DNA from: Polynucleobacter sp.
GTDB lineage: Bacteria > Pseudomonadota > Gammaproteobacteria > Burkholderiales > Burkholderiaceae
Reading direction: 5' to 3'
Length of the DNA: 51,806 nt
Assembly: GCA_044377685.1 (NCBI GenBank)
Contig: JBILYO010000001.1
Span: 1 to 51,806, forward strand
Made by a program: the position numbers and the translations under genes. Positions 31,001 to 40,939 of this stretch are shown piece after piece (position 1 is the stretch's first letter; each line of letters begins with the position of its first letter). Under the pieces are notes generated by a model, which saw only the letters and a list, made by a program, of their open reading frames with translations, did no database searches and had not been told where the DNA came from.

Positions 31001-31601
31001 CTCGAATTTGCTCAATCTCATCTCCAAATAAATCCAATCGATAAGGAAGACTTGAGCCCATCGGATATAAGTCGATTAATCCACCGCGAATACTATATTC
31101 TCCAGGACGCATGACTGCACTAACTGGGTCATAACCAGCTTGTTGAAGCTGTAGTTTTAATGAAGCCTCATTCAGTTTGTCACCTTGCTTAAAGAAAAAG
31201 GTATGGCCAGATATAAAATGAGGTGGGCCCAGTCTTTGTAAAGCGGTAGTTACTGGAACTAAAACAATATCGCAACTTCCATTCAATAACTCATAGAGGG
31301 TCGCTAAACGCTCTGAGACTAAATCCTGGTGTGGTGAAAAATGATCGTAAGGCAGAATTTCCCAGTCAGGCAAAAGCCGAGTTTTCAATTGGGGGGCAAA
31401 AGCAGGTATTTCCTCAAGTAATCGTTGCGCTTCTTGAGCTTGAGCGCAAAAAATGACCATCACAGAAAATTGACTTCGGTACCGAAGGGCGGATTGAGCA
31501 ATCAGGGCTGAATCTGCTGACCCAATGAGGCCAGAAAAGGTAAAGCGCTGCCCAGCCCGTGGAGCGGGTATGGGGGGTGCTAGATTTAATCCATCAGACA
31601 T
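28059..31601 (-). CDS. mfd: Transcription-repair coupling factor
   Basis: VHAEHGIGRY (RID), GDVGFGKT, DEEH, TATPIPRT, QLRGRVGR. Confidence 0.97.
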   Translation of the reverse strand: MSDGLNLAPPIPAPRAGQRFTFSGLIGSADSALIAQSALRYRSQFSVMVIFCAQAQEAQRLLEEIPAFAPQLKTRLLPDWEILPYDHFSPHQDLVSERLATLYELLNGSCDIVLVPVTTALQRLGPPHFISGHTFFFKQGDKLNEASLKLQLQQAGYDPVSAVMRPGEYSIRGGLIDLYPMGSSLPYRLDLFGDEIEQIRAFDPDTQRSLYPVKEVRLLPGHEFPFDEASRTAFRSKWREVFEGDPTRCSIYKDANLGIPSAGIESYLPMFFEEHSNVFDYFPRSGDPVWIWNTGDIEETIRSFWKDTQTRYEFLKHDLDRPILPPKELFLDVDEFFASSKPHARITLEHQSTDQAQFLPVPDIAVHRRDADPLAKLRALVSSENVRLLICADSAGRKESIRQLLEESNLVSGPNGNAIYPLKPESYEGIADFIKSNSSFGLVIGPLFNGFSWPEQHLIVLTEAELFTTTARQRRKSKGSEQVDPDMLFKDLSELKIGDPVVHAEHGIGRYQGLVLLNIAAPKDEPIFEEFLHLQYAGQATLYVPVQQLQMVTRYAGSDPDSAPLHQLGSGQWDKAKRKAAQQIRDTAAELLSLYAARAIRKGHAFEFSAHDYAAFSESFGFEETPDQANAIAAVIGDMTSGSPMDRLVCGDVGFGKTEVALRASFVAVMGGKQVAILAPTTLLAEQHVATWKDRFADWPVRIVELSRFKTSKEINAALEAITKGEADIIIGTHKLLSKETKFANLGLVIVDEEHRFGVRQKDALKALRAEVDILTLTATPIPRTLGMAMEGLREFSIIATAPQKRLAIKTFVRREGDSIIREAVLREIKRGGQVYFLHNEVETIQNRKQALQTLIPEASISVAHGQMQERELESVMREFVTQRTNILLCTTIIETGIDVPTANTIIMHRADKFGLAQLHQLRGRVGRSHHQAYAYLLVPDPEALSKQAQLRLNAIQAMEELGSGFYLAMHDLEIRGAGEVLGDKQSGEIHEIGYQLYTEMLNRAVKSLRSGKEPDLLAPLQATTDVNLGVPALLPSDYCPDVHERLSLYKRFAGTHDFSELMGLREELVDRFGDLPDQAKSFYETHRLRLEMTGFGIKKIDAFPASIQIQFIPNPPIDPMKIIQLIQSSKHILLNGQDKLKILPQKDREFDKLEQRLDAIRLVLRRLNESAMLNTVQID

Positions 31602-31624
31602 CTTCGCTCATTATAGAATCAGGT

Positions 31625-32371
31625 ATGAGCTCTGCAAATCAATCAAACAGAAAATGTCATGCGCTAATCCCTACGGCGGGATCAGGGCTACGCCTTGGGG
31701 GAGAGCTACCAAAGCAATTTCAGCAATTAGCTGGTCAGCCCATGCTGGCATACGCTGTTGAGGCATTTATGCAGTGTTCCAATATTGCATCAATTTGGGT
31801 TGGGGTCAGTCCAGTATTTATTGATCATCCGATCTTAAAAAGCTTTACTAGTCGGAGTAAACCGATTCAATTTCTGCCTTCAGGCGGAGCTACCCGTCAA
31901 GAAACTGTCCGCAATACATTGGCGGCCATGCTTGAGTCAGGTATTAGTGGAAATGAATGGGTGTTGGTGCATGATGCAGCTAGGCCTGGCATCACCCCAG
32001 ATTTAATTGAAAAGTTGATTGCTGCAGTAGGAGTAAGTAGCAAAGGTGGTCTCCTGGCAATCCCTTTAGCTGACACTTTAAAGCAGGCTGATTTCGATTC
32101 TGTGATTGCAGGCAATATTCCACATTCAGAAAAGACCATTCCGCGTCAGCATTTATGGCAAGCTCAGACCCCACAGATGTTTGCTATCAATGATTTGTAT
32201 GAGGCCCTAGTCAATGGCATTCGACTTGAAGCTGATATTACGGATGAAGCGAGCGCAATGGAGTTAGCAGGTTTTCAGCCCTTATTAATAGAAGGTGTAA
32301 CCCGCAATTTCAAAGTAACCCATCCTGCAGATTGGGATCTAATGCAATTACTACTCCAGTCAACCAAATAA
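31625..32371 (+). CDS. ispD: 2-C-methyl-D-erythritol 4-phosphate cytidylyltransferase
   Basis: [35 protein letters not shown]. Start at ATG 31625. Confidence 0.94.
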   Translation: MSSANQSNRKCHALIPTAGSGLRLGGELPKQFQQLAGQPMLAYAVEAFMQCSNIASIWVGVSPVFIDHPILKSFTSRSKPIQFLPSGGATRQETVRNTLAAMLESGISGNEWVLVHDAARPGITPDLIEKLIAAVGVSSKGGLLAIPLADTLKQADFDSVIAGNIPHSEKTIPRQHLWQAQTPQMFAINDLYEALVNGIRLEADITDEASAMELAGFQPLLIEGVTRNFKVTHPADWDLMQLLLQSTK

Positions 32372-32387
32372 TGATGATGATCACAAT

Positions 32388-32891
32388 ATGACTCAAGGCG
32401 CTCAACATATTCCACAGTTTCGTATTGGTCAAGGTTATGACGTACACGCTCTAGTAGAGGGCCGTAAACTGATTTTAGGCGGTGTACATATTCCTTATGA
32501 AAAAGGATTGTTAGGGCACTCAGATGCAGATGTATTGCTGCATGCTTTCACTGATGCTTTACTTGGTGCAGCAGGTTTAAACGACATTGGTCAATTATTT
32601 CCAGATACTGATTCACAATTTAAAGATATGGATAGCAGAATCTTGCTTCGGGCCGCTTTGCAGAAGGTCCAAGCAGCGGGTTTTCACATTGGAAACGTGG
32701 ATGCCACGATTATTTGCCAAAAGCCTAAATTAGCGGAATTTTTGCCTGAAATGGTCCGTAATATTGCAGGCGATTTAGGTGTAACCCCAAGCCACGTCAA
32801 TCTCAAAGCCAAGACTAATGAATTGCTTGGCCATTTAGGCAGAGGAGAGGGCATTGCAGTCCATGCCGTAGCCTTACTCTATAAAGCCTAA
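32388..32891 (+). CDS. ispF: MECDP synthase
   Basis: [36 protein letters not shown]. Confidence 0.96.
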   Translation: MTQGAQHIPQFRIGQGYDVHALVEGRKLILGGVHIPYEKGLLGHSDADVLLHAFTDALLGAAGLNDIGQLFPDTDSQFKDMDSRILLRAALQKVQAAGFHIGNVDATIICQKPKLAEFLPEMVRNIAGDLGVTPSHVNLKAKTNELLGHLGRGEGIAVHAVALLYKA

Positions 32892-33023
32892 TAGCCGATC
32901 AAACCTGACTTTTTATCTATATTTGGCCTAGCCCGTAGCCCACAAGATCCTCTAAACCCCCAAGCAATGTAGAATTACGGTCTTTAGAGTGAAGTTTAGG
33001 CTTGGCAGTGTTTGCGGATATTC

Positions 33024-33110
33024 GCGAGGATGGCGAAATTGGTAGACGCACCAGGTTTAGGTCCTGACGCCAGAAATGGTGTGGGGGTTCGAGTCCCCCT
33101 CCTCGCACCA
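33024..33110 (+). tRNA. tRNA-Leu(TAG)
   Basis: Acceptor stem GCGAGGA/TCCTCGC followed by ACCA, anticodon loop TTTAGGT, long variable arm, GGTTCGAGT T-loop; 87 nt. Confidence 0.96.
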
Positions 33111-33167
33111 AATGATTACTACTTGGCCTGGACTTCACATAACCTGATCTTCAATTAAGAGACGAGA

Positions 33168-34505
33168 ATGGCTGTGCAAATAGAAAACTTAGGTTCCTTG
33201 GAACGCAAAATGACATTAGAGTTCGCTCGCGCCGATTTGGTAAAAGCACGTGAAATTCGCTTATCAAAAATGGGTAAGACCATGAAAATGGCGGGCTTTC
33301 GCCCTGGTAAAGTTCCCAAGAATCTAGTTGAAAAACAGCATGGCATGCAAGTTGATTTTGAACTTCAATTTGATAAAGCCGCAGAGCTCTTTTATGAAGA
33401 GAGCAAAAAAGAAGGATTAGCGCTCGCTGGTCAACCTCGTCTTGAACCTAAAAGTGAGCTTAATGCTGACAAGGTGATATTTGATGCTTTCTTTGAAGTA
33501 TTGCCAGAGGTGAAGATTGGCGATTTTTCAAAGGTAGAAGTCAGTAAATACACTACAGAAATTGGCGATGCTGAAATAGATCGCGCTATCGATGTCTTGC
33601 GCAAACAGCAAGTACATTACCATCCACGCGGCCAAGCCGGTGACCATGGCGATGGTGGCGCTAATACTGCAGCTCAAGCTGGCGATCAGGTGGTCATTGA
33701 CTTTGTTGGCAAAATTGATGGTGTTGAGTTTGCGGGTGGTAAGGCTGAAAATTTCGAGTATGTCTTGGGTGAAGGTCGGATGCTTCCAGAATTTGAGTCA
33801 GCAACCCTGGGCTTAAAAGCAGGCGACAGCAAATCATTTTCATTGAGTTTTCCTGCTGATTACCACGGCAAAGATGTTGCTGGGAAAACAGCTGAGTTCA
33901 CGATCTCTATTAAGTCAGTAAATTGGCCCCATATGCCAGTCGTTGATGATGCATTCGCTTTATCGATGGGGGTAAATGATGGTGGTGTTACTAAGATGCG
34001 TGCAGAAGTAAAAGAAAATCTTGTTCGTGAAGTGAATAGACGTATCACTTCATTATTGAAAAGTGAAGTGATGGACAAGCTTAATTTCTTATGTGAGTTA
34101 GATGTTCCGAGATCTTTAGTCACTTTAGAGCAAGAGCGTTTAGTAGAGGGCGCTCGCCAGGATCTCATGCAACGTGGTGTTCCGAATGCTAAAGATGCCC
34201 CAATTCCAGTAGAAATATTTGCAGATCAAGCCCTAAAGCGTGTTCGTTTAGGTCTCATTTTGAGTGAATTGGTCAAAAAGCAAAACTTATCTGCTACTGC
34301 AGATCAGATTAAAGCTGAAATTGATGAACAAGCGGCTACCTATGAAGATCCTAAAGAGGTTGTTCGTTGGTTCTATAGCAATCCAAGCCGCCTTAAGGAT
34401 GTCGAAAACCTAGTTCTTGAAGACAATGTGATTAAGTATTTCACATCGCTTGCTAAAGTTACCGATAAAGCCGTAAGCTTTGAAGAATTAAGCAAACTTA
34501 ACTAA
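33168..34505 (+). CDS. tig: Trigger factor
   Basis: GFRPGKVP signature, FKBP domain (FPADYHG), upstream of clpP. Confidence 0.96.
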   Translation: MAVQIENLGSLERKMTLEFARADLVKAREIRLSKMGKTMKMAGFRPGKVPKNLVEKQHGMQVDFELQFDKAAELFYEESKKEGLALAGQPRLEPKSELNADKVIFDAFFEVLPEVKIGDFSKVEVSKYTTEIGDAEIDRAIDVLRKQQVHYHPRGQAGDHGDGGANTAAQAGDQVVIDFVGKIDGVEFAGGKAENFEYVLGEGRMLPEFESATLGLKAGDSKSFSLSFPADYHGKDVAGKTAEFTISIKSVNWPHMPVVDDAFALSMGVNDGGVTKMRAEVKENLVREVNRRITSLLKSEVMDKLNFLCELDVPRSLVTLEQERLVEGARQDLMQRGVPNAKDAPIPVEIFADQALKRVRLGLILSELVKKQNLSATADQIKAEIDEQAATYEDPKEVVRWFYSNPSRLKDVENLVLEDNVIKYFTSLAKVTDKAVSFEELSKLN

Positions 34506-34547
34506 TTTCATTTAGTTGTCATCCATTACTCTTAAAGGGCTTTCACC

Positions 34548-35171
34548 ATGAATCATTTTCAATCTGAAAATTTAGAACCTCAGGGTTTAGGTTTGGTTCC
34601 GATGGTGATTGAAACCTCTGGAAGAGGAGAGCGCGCTTATGATATTTACTCTCGCTTATTAAGAGAACGAGTTGTTTTCTTGGTTGGTGAAGTAAATGAT
34701 CAGACGGCTAACCTAGTGATCGCGCAGTTGCTATTCCTTGAGAGCGAAAATCCGGATAAAGAAATTTCTTTGTACATTAACTCTCCTGGTGGATCAGTAT
34801 CTGCTGGCCTAGCAATTTATGACACCATGCAATTTATTAAGCCTCACGTTAGCACCTTGTGTATGGGTATGGCTGCCAGCATGGGTGCATTTTTATTATG
34901 CGCAGGTGAGAAAGGCAAGCGTTACGCACTTCCTAATTCACGTGTCATGATTCATCAACCTCTGGGTGGTGCAAGAGGTCAAGCTTCCGATATTGAAATT
35001 CAAGCACGAGAAATCCTCTATCTGCGGGAAAGATTAAATCAGATCTTGGCTGATCGTACAGGTCAAACAATTGATACGATTGCAAAAGATACAGATCGTG
35101 ATAATTTCATGTCAGCTGAGCAAGCCCGTGAATACGGCCTGATCGATAAAGTTATCGATAAGCGCCCTTAA
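34548..35171 (+). CDS. clpP: Clp protease proteolytic subunit
   Basis: [24 protein letters not shown]. Confidence 0.97.
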   Translation: MNHFQSENLEPQGLGLVPMVIETSGRGERAYDIYSRLLRERVVFLVGEVNDQTANLVIAQLLFLESENPDKEISLYINSPGGSVSAGLAIYDTMQFIKPHVSTLCMGMAASMGAFLLCAGEKGKRYALPNSRVMIHQPLGGARGQASDIEIQAREILYLRERLNQILADRTGQTIDTIAKDTDRDNFMSAEQAREYGLIDKVIDKRP

Positions 35172-35198
35172 TTCTCATCAGAAACTTAGGCAAAACAC

Positions 35199-36560
35199 TT
35201 GAGCGATACCAACTCTACTAGTACGACAGAAAAAGTGTTGTATTGCTCCTTCTGTGGAAAAAGCCAACACGAGGTCAAGAAGTTAATTGCAGGCCCCTCT
35301 GTGTTTATCTGCGATGAATGTATTGATTTATGTACCGATATCATCCAAGAGGAAATCGCCAAGCTTCCTAAAGAATCGGGTACTGACGCTTTACCAACGC
35401 CACATCAGATTCGTGAAAACCTAGACCAGTATGTGATTGGTCAAGACCATGCCAAGAAGACTTTGGCTGTTGCGGTATATAACCACTATAAGCGTTTGCA
35501 ATATCTACCTAAGCCCAAAAAGGAAAAGTTAGATAAAGACGGCAAGCCAGTGGAGAGCGGCGATAAAAAAGAAACGAAATTACCTGCTAAAGCAATGGTA
35601 GATGGTGTTGAGCTAGCTAAAAGTAATATTTTATTGATTGGACCTACTGGTTCAGGAAAAACATTGCTAGCGCAAACCTTGGCACGCATGCTTGATGTGC
35701 CTTTTGTTATGGCTGACGCCACTACGCTAACTGAAGCAGGTTATGTTGGTGAGGATGTTGAAAATATTATCCAAAAGCTCTTACAGGCTTGCGACTATAG
35801 CGTTGAAAAAGCACAGCGCGGCATAGTGTATATCGATGAGATCGATAAAATTTCTCGTAAATCCGATAATCCATCAATTACCCGAGATGTATCGGGTGAA
35901 GGCGTACAACAGGCTTTGCTAAAGCTTGTAGAGGGTACGATGGCTTCTGTACCTCCGCAAGGCGGACGCAAGCACCCCAATCAAGATTTCTTGCAAGTTG
36001 ATACCACCAACATTCTATTTATTTGCGGTGGTGCATTTGATGGTCTTGAGAAAGTGATTCAACAACGCACTGCAAAAACGGGCATTGGATTTAATGCTGC
36101 TGTACCCGGTAAAGACGATCGTGGCATCAGCGACCTTTTGATAGAAGTTGAACCAGAAGATCTCATTAAGTTTGGCTTGATCCCAGAATTAATTGGTCGT
36201 TTACCTGTAGTGGCAACATTGGTCCAATTAGATGAGTCAGCCCTGATTCAGATTCTGACTGAACCCAAAAATGCCTTAGTGAAGCAATACCAGGCACTTC
36301 TCACAATGGAGGGCTCTGAGCTTGAAGTTCGTCTTGAAGCCCTGTCTGCAATTGCCAAAAAAGCGATAGCTCGCAAAACCGGTGCTCGCGGTCTACGTTC
36401 TATTCTTGAAGGCTCTTTAATGGATGTGATGTACGATTTGCCCTCTTTGAAGAATGTTCAGAAGGTGGTGATCGATGAATCTAGCATTGCTGAGGGTGGC
36501 AAGCCCCTGTTGGTCTACAAGCAAGATCTAGAACAGTCAGATTTGAGCAAAAAAGCCTAA
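35199..36560 (+). CDS. clpX: Clp protease ATP-binding subunit
   Basis: Zinc finger [26 protein letters not shown] loop; TTG start. Confidence 0.97.
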   Translation: MSDTNSTSTTEKVLYCSFCGKSQHEVKKLIAGPSVFICDECIDLCTDIIQEEIAKLPKESGTDALPTPHQIRENLDQYVIGQDHAKKTLAVAVYNHYKRLQYLPKPKKEKLDKDGKPVESGDKKETKLPAKAMVDGVELAKSNILLIGPTGSGKTLLAQTLARMLDVPFVMADATTLTEAGYVGEDVENIIQKLLQACDYSVEKAQRGIVYIDEIDKISRKSDNPSITRDVSGEGVQQALLKLVEGTMASVPPQGGRKHPNQDFLQVDTTNILFICGGAFDGLEKVIQQRTAKTGIGFNAAVPGKDDRGISDLLIEVEPEDLIKFGLIPELIGRLPVVATLVQLDESALIQILTEPKNALVKQYQALLTMEGSELEVRLEALSAIAKKAIARKTGARGLRSILEGSLMDVMYDLPSLKNVQKVVIDESSIAEGGKPLLVYKQDLEQSDLSKKA

Positions 36561-36618
36561 TAAATCAGGGTTTTCTCCGTTTTATTGCTACTTTTAACTC
36601 TTTTTTGTACTTTTTTCC

Positions 36619-36646
36619 CTTGAATTTTTCAAAGTGCCACCCATAT
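36619..36646 (+). promoter_or_regulatory. sigma32 (RpoH) heat-shock promoter of lon
   Basis: CTTGAA-N14-ACCCATAT, close to the consensus CTTGAA-N13-17-CCCCATNT. Confidence 0.75.
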
Positions 36647-36750
36647 AGGTAGTATGCTACTTAAGAATAATGTCTCTATTTAGTAGCTATTGAATCTAAT
36701 AGCACTAGAGAAAGACGCTTGAGAATAGATTACTTTGGAGGATTTGCCTT

Positions 36751-39183
36751 ATGCCCGGCCACTTATTACTACCCTCTGAACCAATTCAACTACCTTTGCT
36801 CCCATTAAGGGATGTAGTTGTTTTTCCCCATATGGTGATTCCCCTCTTCGTAGGGAGACCAAAATCCATTAAAGCCCTAGAGGCAGCAATGGAAACTGGC
36901 AAAAATGTCCTGTTGGTAGCCCAGAAAGCTGCAGCGAAAGATGAGCCTGTGATTGAGGATCTCTACGAAGTAGGCTGTATCGCCAATATTTTGCAGATGC
37001 TTAAATTGCCAGATGGTACTGTGAAGGTTCTGGTTGAGGGCGTGCAACGTGCTGAAGTTAGTCAAGTTGAGGATAGTATGGGCTACTTCAACTGCGAAGC
37101 GACTCCCACAGCTATGGATGGGATTGATGCACACGAGACCGAAGCACTTCGTCGCGCCATCATGGCTCAGTTTGATCAGTATGTAAAGCTGAATAAAAAA
37201 GTTCCCCAAGAGATACTATCCTCCTTGGGTGGCATCGATGATCCTAGTCGTCTAGCCGATACCATTTGCGCACATCTGCCTGTCAAGCTTGAGCAAAAGC
37301 AACGTCTTCTAGAAATGGTGGATGTAGTGCAGCGTTTAGAAAGCCTACTAGCAGATCTAGAGAGTGAAATCGATATCCTGCAAGTAGAAAAGCGTATTCG
37401 TGGCCGTGTTAAACGCCAGATGGAAAAGAGTCAACGCGAGTACTACCTCAATGAACAAGTGAAGGCTATTCAGAAAGAACTAGGAGAGGGTGAAGAGGGT
37501 GCTGACCTAGAGGAATTAGAAAAACGCATCAAAGCTGCCCGTATGCCTAAAGAGGCAAACAAGAAAGCCGAGTCTGAGCTCAAAAAGCTAAAGTTAATGT
37601 CACCCATGTCTGCTGAGGCAACCGTGATTCGTAACTTCATTGATACTTTAGTGAATCTTCCTTGGAAGAAAAAAACAAAAATTAACAATGACCTCACTAA
37701 TGCTGAAATGGTGTTGGATGAAGATCACTACGGATTAGATAAAGTAAAAGAACGCATTTTGGAATACCTTGCAGTTCAACAAAGAGTTGATCGCGTTAAG
37801 GCGCCGATACTTTGTTTAGTGGGCCCTCCCGGAGTTGGTAAAACCTCCTTAGGTCAATCTATAGCGCGCGCTACCAATCGCAAGTTCGTTCGTATGGCCT
37901 TAGGTGGCGTTCGTGATGAGTCTGAGATTCGTGGACATCGTCGGACTTATATTGGCTCTATGCCTGGTAAGATTTTATCTAGCTTGACCAAGGTTGGTGT
38001 ACGCAATCCACTGTTTCTATTGGATGAAGTGGATAAGATGGGGATGGACTTTCGGGGTGATCCAGCAAGTGCATTACTTGAGGTTTTAGATCCGGAGCAA
38101 AATCACACCTTCCAAGATCATTATGTTGAAGTTGATTTTGATCTTTCCGATGTCATGTTTGTGGCAACATCAAATTCATTAAACATCCCTGGACCACTAC
38201 TTGATCGTTTGGAGATTATTCGTCTAGCTGGATACACGGAGGATGAAAAGACAAGTATTGCAGTAAATTACCTTATTCCCAAGCAAATTAAAAACAATGG
38301 TTTGAAAAAGGATGAGCTGAAAATTGAAGAAAGCGCAGTTCGAAATATAATCCGTTACTACACGCGAGAAGCAGGAGTCCGTTCACTAGAGCGTGAAATC
38401 AGTAAAATCTGCCGGAAGGTAGTGAAGCTATTACTCCTCAAGAAAGAAGCTGCACCAATCATAGTCAATGCTGATAATTTAGAAAAATTTCTCTCTGTTC
38501 GCATGTATGACTTTGGACTAGCTGCCAAGGAGAATCAAGTTGGTCAAGTAACGGGACTTGCTTGGACAGAAGTTGGTGGCGATCTTTTAACGATTGAAGC
38601 TGCTACGATGCCAGGAAAAGGTGTGATTACTCGAACTGGCTCGATTGGTGATGTGATGAAAGAGTCGGTTGAGGCCGCTCGGACTGTAGTTCGATCTAGA
38701 GCAAGACGTCTTGGAATTTCGGATGAATCCTTTGAAAAGAAAGATATTCATATTCACTTCCCTGATGGTGCAACTCCCAAGGATGGTCCATCAGCAGGTA
38801 TTGCCATAACAACTGCGCTTGTTTCGGTCTTTACTGGGATACCCATTCGCTCAGATGTAGCGATGACCGGGGAAATTACTTTACGTGGCGAAGTATTGCC
38901 CATCGGCGGTCTAAAAGAAAAACTTCTGGCTGCACATCGAGGTGGCATTAAATTGGCCTTAATTCCTGAAGAAAATGTCAAAGATTTAATTGATATTCCT
39001 GATAACGTGAAGAACGCAATAGAAATCATTCCGGTACGCTGGATCGACAAAGTGTTAGAGCTTTCATTGGAGCGTATGCCTGAGGCTTTGGCTGACCCAA
39101 GCCCTGAAGAATTGGCTAAAAAGGCTGCTGAGGCAAGTAAAGCTAGCGAGAAGATTTCCTCAGGAGATGTTCTGAAGCACTAA
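36751..39183 (+). CDS. lon: ATP-dependent protease La
   Basis: LPLRDVVVFP, GPPGVGKT, PKDGPSAG, GGLKEK. Confidence 0.97.
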   Translation: MPGHLLLPSEPIQLPLLPLRDVVVFPHMVIPLFVGRPKSIKALEAAMETGKNVLLVAQKAAAKDEPVIEDLYEVGCIANILQMLKLPDGTVKVLVEGVQRAEVSQVEDSMGYFNCEATPTAMDGIDAHETEALRRAIMAQFDQYVKLNKKVPQEILSSLGGIDDPSRLADTICAHLPVKLEQKQRLLEMVDVVQRLESLLADLESEIDILQVEKRIRGRVKRQMEKSQREYYLNEQVKAIQKELGEGEEGADLEELEKRIKAARMPKEANKKAESELKKLKLMSPMSAEATVIRNFIDTLVNLPWKKKTKINNDLTNAEMVLDEDHYGLDKVKERILEYLAVQQRVDRVKAPILCLVGPPGVGKTSLGQSIARATNRKFVRMALGGVRDESEIRGHRRTYIGSMPGKILSSLTKVGVRNPLFLLDEVDKMGMDFRGDPASALLEVLDPEQNHTFQDHYVEVDFDLSDVMFVATSNSLNIPGPLLDRLEIIRLAGYTEDEKTSIAVNYLIPKQIKNNGLKKDELKIEESAVRNIIRYYTREAGVRSLEREISKICRKVVKLLLLKKEAAPIIVNADNLEKFLSVRMYDFGLAAKENQVGQVTGLAWTEVGGDLLTIEAATMPGKGVITRTGSIGDVMKESVEAARTVVRSRARRLGISDESFEKKDIHIHFPDGATPKDGPSAGIAITTALVSVFTGIPIRSDVAMTGEITLRGEVLPIGGLKEKLLAAHRGGIKLALIPEENVKDLIDIPDNVKNAIEIIPVRWIDKVLELSLERMPEALADPSPEELAKKAAEASKASEKISSGDVLKH

Positions 39184-39287
39184 TTGAGTATGGGTTTAAC
39201 ATCTTGCTTCCTTGTATTCCGAGGGAAATTGATGGGAAACCTCTCTCTTTAGTTCGGGTAGGTTACAATTTGGGCTGTATTAAATTG

Positions 39288-39363
39288 GGGCGCTTAGCTC
39301 AGATGGTAGAGCGTCTGCCTTACACGCAGAATGTCGGCGGTTCGATCCCGTCAGCGCCCACCA
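39288..39363 (+). tRNA. tRNA-Val(TAC)
   Basis: Acceptor stem GGGCGCT/AGCGCCC followed by ACCA, anticodon loop CTTACAC, GGTTCGATC T-loop; 76 nt. Confidence 0.96.
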
Positions 39364-39464
39364 AATTTCTAGTTTTATCTTGCCTTTTCTAAGGCATCCC
39401 AACCATGATCCTCTTGTGCCTAGTAAACTAGCGTTATTCATTATTTTGACTAGCGAACCACTAC

Positions 39465-40928
39465 ATGTTTGATACTATCCGCAGGCACCAAAGATTAATG
39501 CAGTTTGCACTAATGCTGGTCATCGTTCCCTCTTTTGCTTTTTTCGGAATTTCTAGTTACTCAGGATTCTTGGATAAAGAAACTGACTTGGTGAAGGTTA
39601 ATGGGAAGCCAATTACCGCACAAGAAGTAGAGGTGAGCGCTAAACGCCAAGCTGAACGTGCTGGTGGTAACCTTCAAATTTCCCAAAGTTTGCAATTTCG
39701 TCAGGCAGTATTGAGTGAGCTTTTGCAACAAAGAATCTTAGGTTTCGCTGTCACGGATTTACGGATTCAAGTTGGTAAAGAGACCTTAATTAAAAGTCTT
39801 CAAAATATTCCCCAAATCAAAGCTCTCTATAAACCTGATGGAAGTTTTGATGATGCACGATTCAAGCAGCTCTTAACGAATAATGGTCTCAATGAAGAGC
39901 AGTTCTATGAGAGTCAGGCTTTTGATTTAAAGATTAATCAACTTTTAAATTCGGTTGCAAGAACGGAGTTGCCCTCCTCAAAAATATCTGGAATTATTTC
40001 TACGCTTTATGAAACAGAGCGTCAGGTTCAAGCCTTACAGTTCGATGCGAAGGATTTCTTATCTAAGGTAAGTCCTAGTCAAGAGGAGTTGCAATCTTTT
40101 TATGAGGCTAATGCAAAGCTCTTTGTCACCCCAGAATTGATAGACGTTGAATACATTGTTTTAAAAGCAGATCCCAAGGAAGATGCTAAAGCTTTTAGTG
40201 AAAAGGCTGATCAGTTTGCCAATCTGACATATGATCAGTCAGATAGTCTGAAGCCAACAGCAGATAAATTGAGATTAAGTATTCAGAGTCAAAAGGGATT
40301 AACAAGAGGCGGTATTAGTTCCTCAACTAAAGACCATCCACTTGCTAGCTCAAAAGTTGTGCAATCTCTATTCGCTGACGAAGCTCTTAAGAATAAGCGT
40401 AATATCGAAGCAGTCCAGATTTCTCCAGGCGTTTTTGTGTCTGCTAGGGTAGTAACGTTTCATCCTGCACAAACACTTCCCTATAAAGATGTTGCTACAG
40501 AAGTCAAACGTCAAGTTACCCAACGCTCTGCTGAAAAGCTTGCTATCACAGCCGCTTCAGAGCGTTTTGCAACGCTACAAAAAGACCCAAAGATCAGCAC
40601 TGGTTTTGCTAGCCCTATTTGGGTATCACGCAATAAACCATCTAATCTATTAGGGCCTGCCTTAGATGATGTGATGTCTATTAATCCTGATAAATTGCCC
40701 GCAGTCGTTTCAGTATCTAATCCTGGTGTTGGAACTACCTTATATCGGATTGATCAAGTCCGTCAGCCGCCCAGTGGTGATGCCAGAGTATATAAAGCAC
40801 AGGCAGCACAGATACAGTCACTTGCAGCCCAATCAGAGTTTGCGGGATTCATGTCCTATTGGCGTGAGTCTGCTAATGTGAAGATCATTAATCCTCTTAA
40901 ACCAGCCAATACAGGCACCGGCAGTTAA
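39465..40928 (+). CDS. ppiD: PpiD-like periplasmic chaperone (SurA-N domain), apparently lacking the parvulin domain
   Basis: N-terminal TM (LVIVPSFAFFGI), KVNGKPIT, F..PE.IDVEYIVL, YDQSDSLKP; located after lon and tRNA-Val. Confidence 0.8.
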   Translation: MFDTIRRHQRLMQFALMLVIVPSFAFFGISSYSGFLDKETDLVKVNGKPITAQEVEVSAKRQAERAGGNLQISQSLQFRQAVLSELLQQRILGFAVTDLRIQVGKETLIKSLQNIPQIKALYKPDGSFDDARFKQLLTNNGLNEEQFYESQAFDLKINQLLNSVARTELPSSKISGIISTLYETERQVQALQFDAKDFLSKVSPSQEELQSFYEANAKLFVTPELIDVEYIVLKADPKEDAKAFSEKADQFANLTYDQSDSLKPTADKLRLSIQSQKGLTRGGISSSTKDHPLASSKVVQSLFADEALKNKRNIEAVQISPGVFVSARVVTFHPAQTLPYKDVATEVKRQVTQRSAEKLAITAASERFATLQKDPKISTGFASPIWVSRNKPSNLLGPALDDVMSINPDKLPAVVSVSNPGVGTTLYRIDQVRQPPSGDARVYKAQAAQIQSLAAQSEFAGFMSYWRESANVKIINPLKPANTGTGS

Positions 40929-40939
40929 CTGAAATGGAT

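Noticed and set aside
32917-33138. 73-aa minus-strand ORF
   Set aside because: Antisense shadow of tRNA-Leu.
33616-33680. Gly/His-rich insert in trigger factor (HPRGQAGDHGDGGA)
   Set aside because: To my recollection it is shared by Burkholderiaceae trigger factors, so it is not unusual here.
36699-36725. Possible CIRCE element upstream of lon (TAGCACT)
   Set aside because: Only a left half-site is present; there is no GAGTGCTAA arm at N9.
39204-39392. 62-aa plus-strand ORF after lon, a possible HU remnant
   Set aside because: It runs through tRNA-Val and shows no HU similarity.
33024-39464. tRNA-Leu or tRNA-Val as integration sites for an island
   Set aside because: No integrase and no duplicated tRNA 3' end seen; the flanks are core genes.
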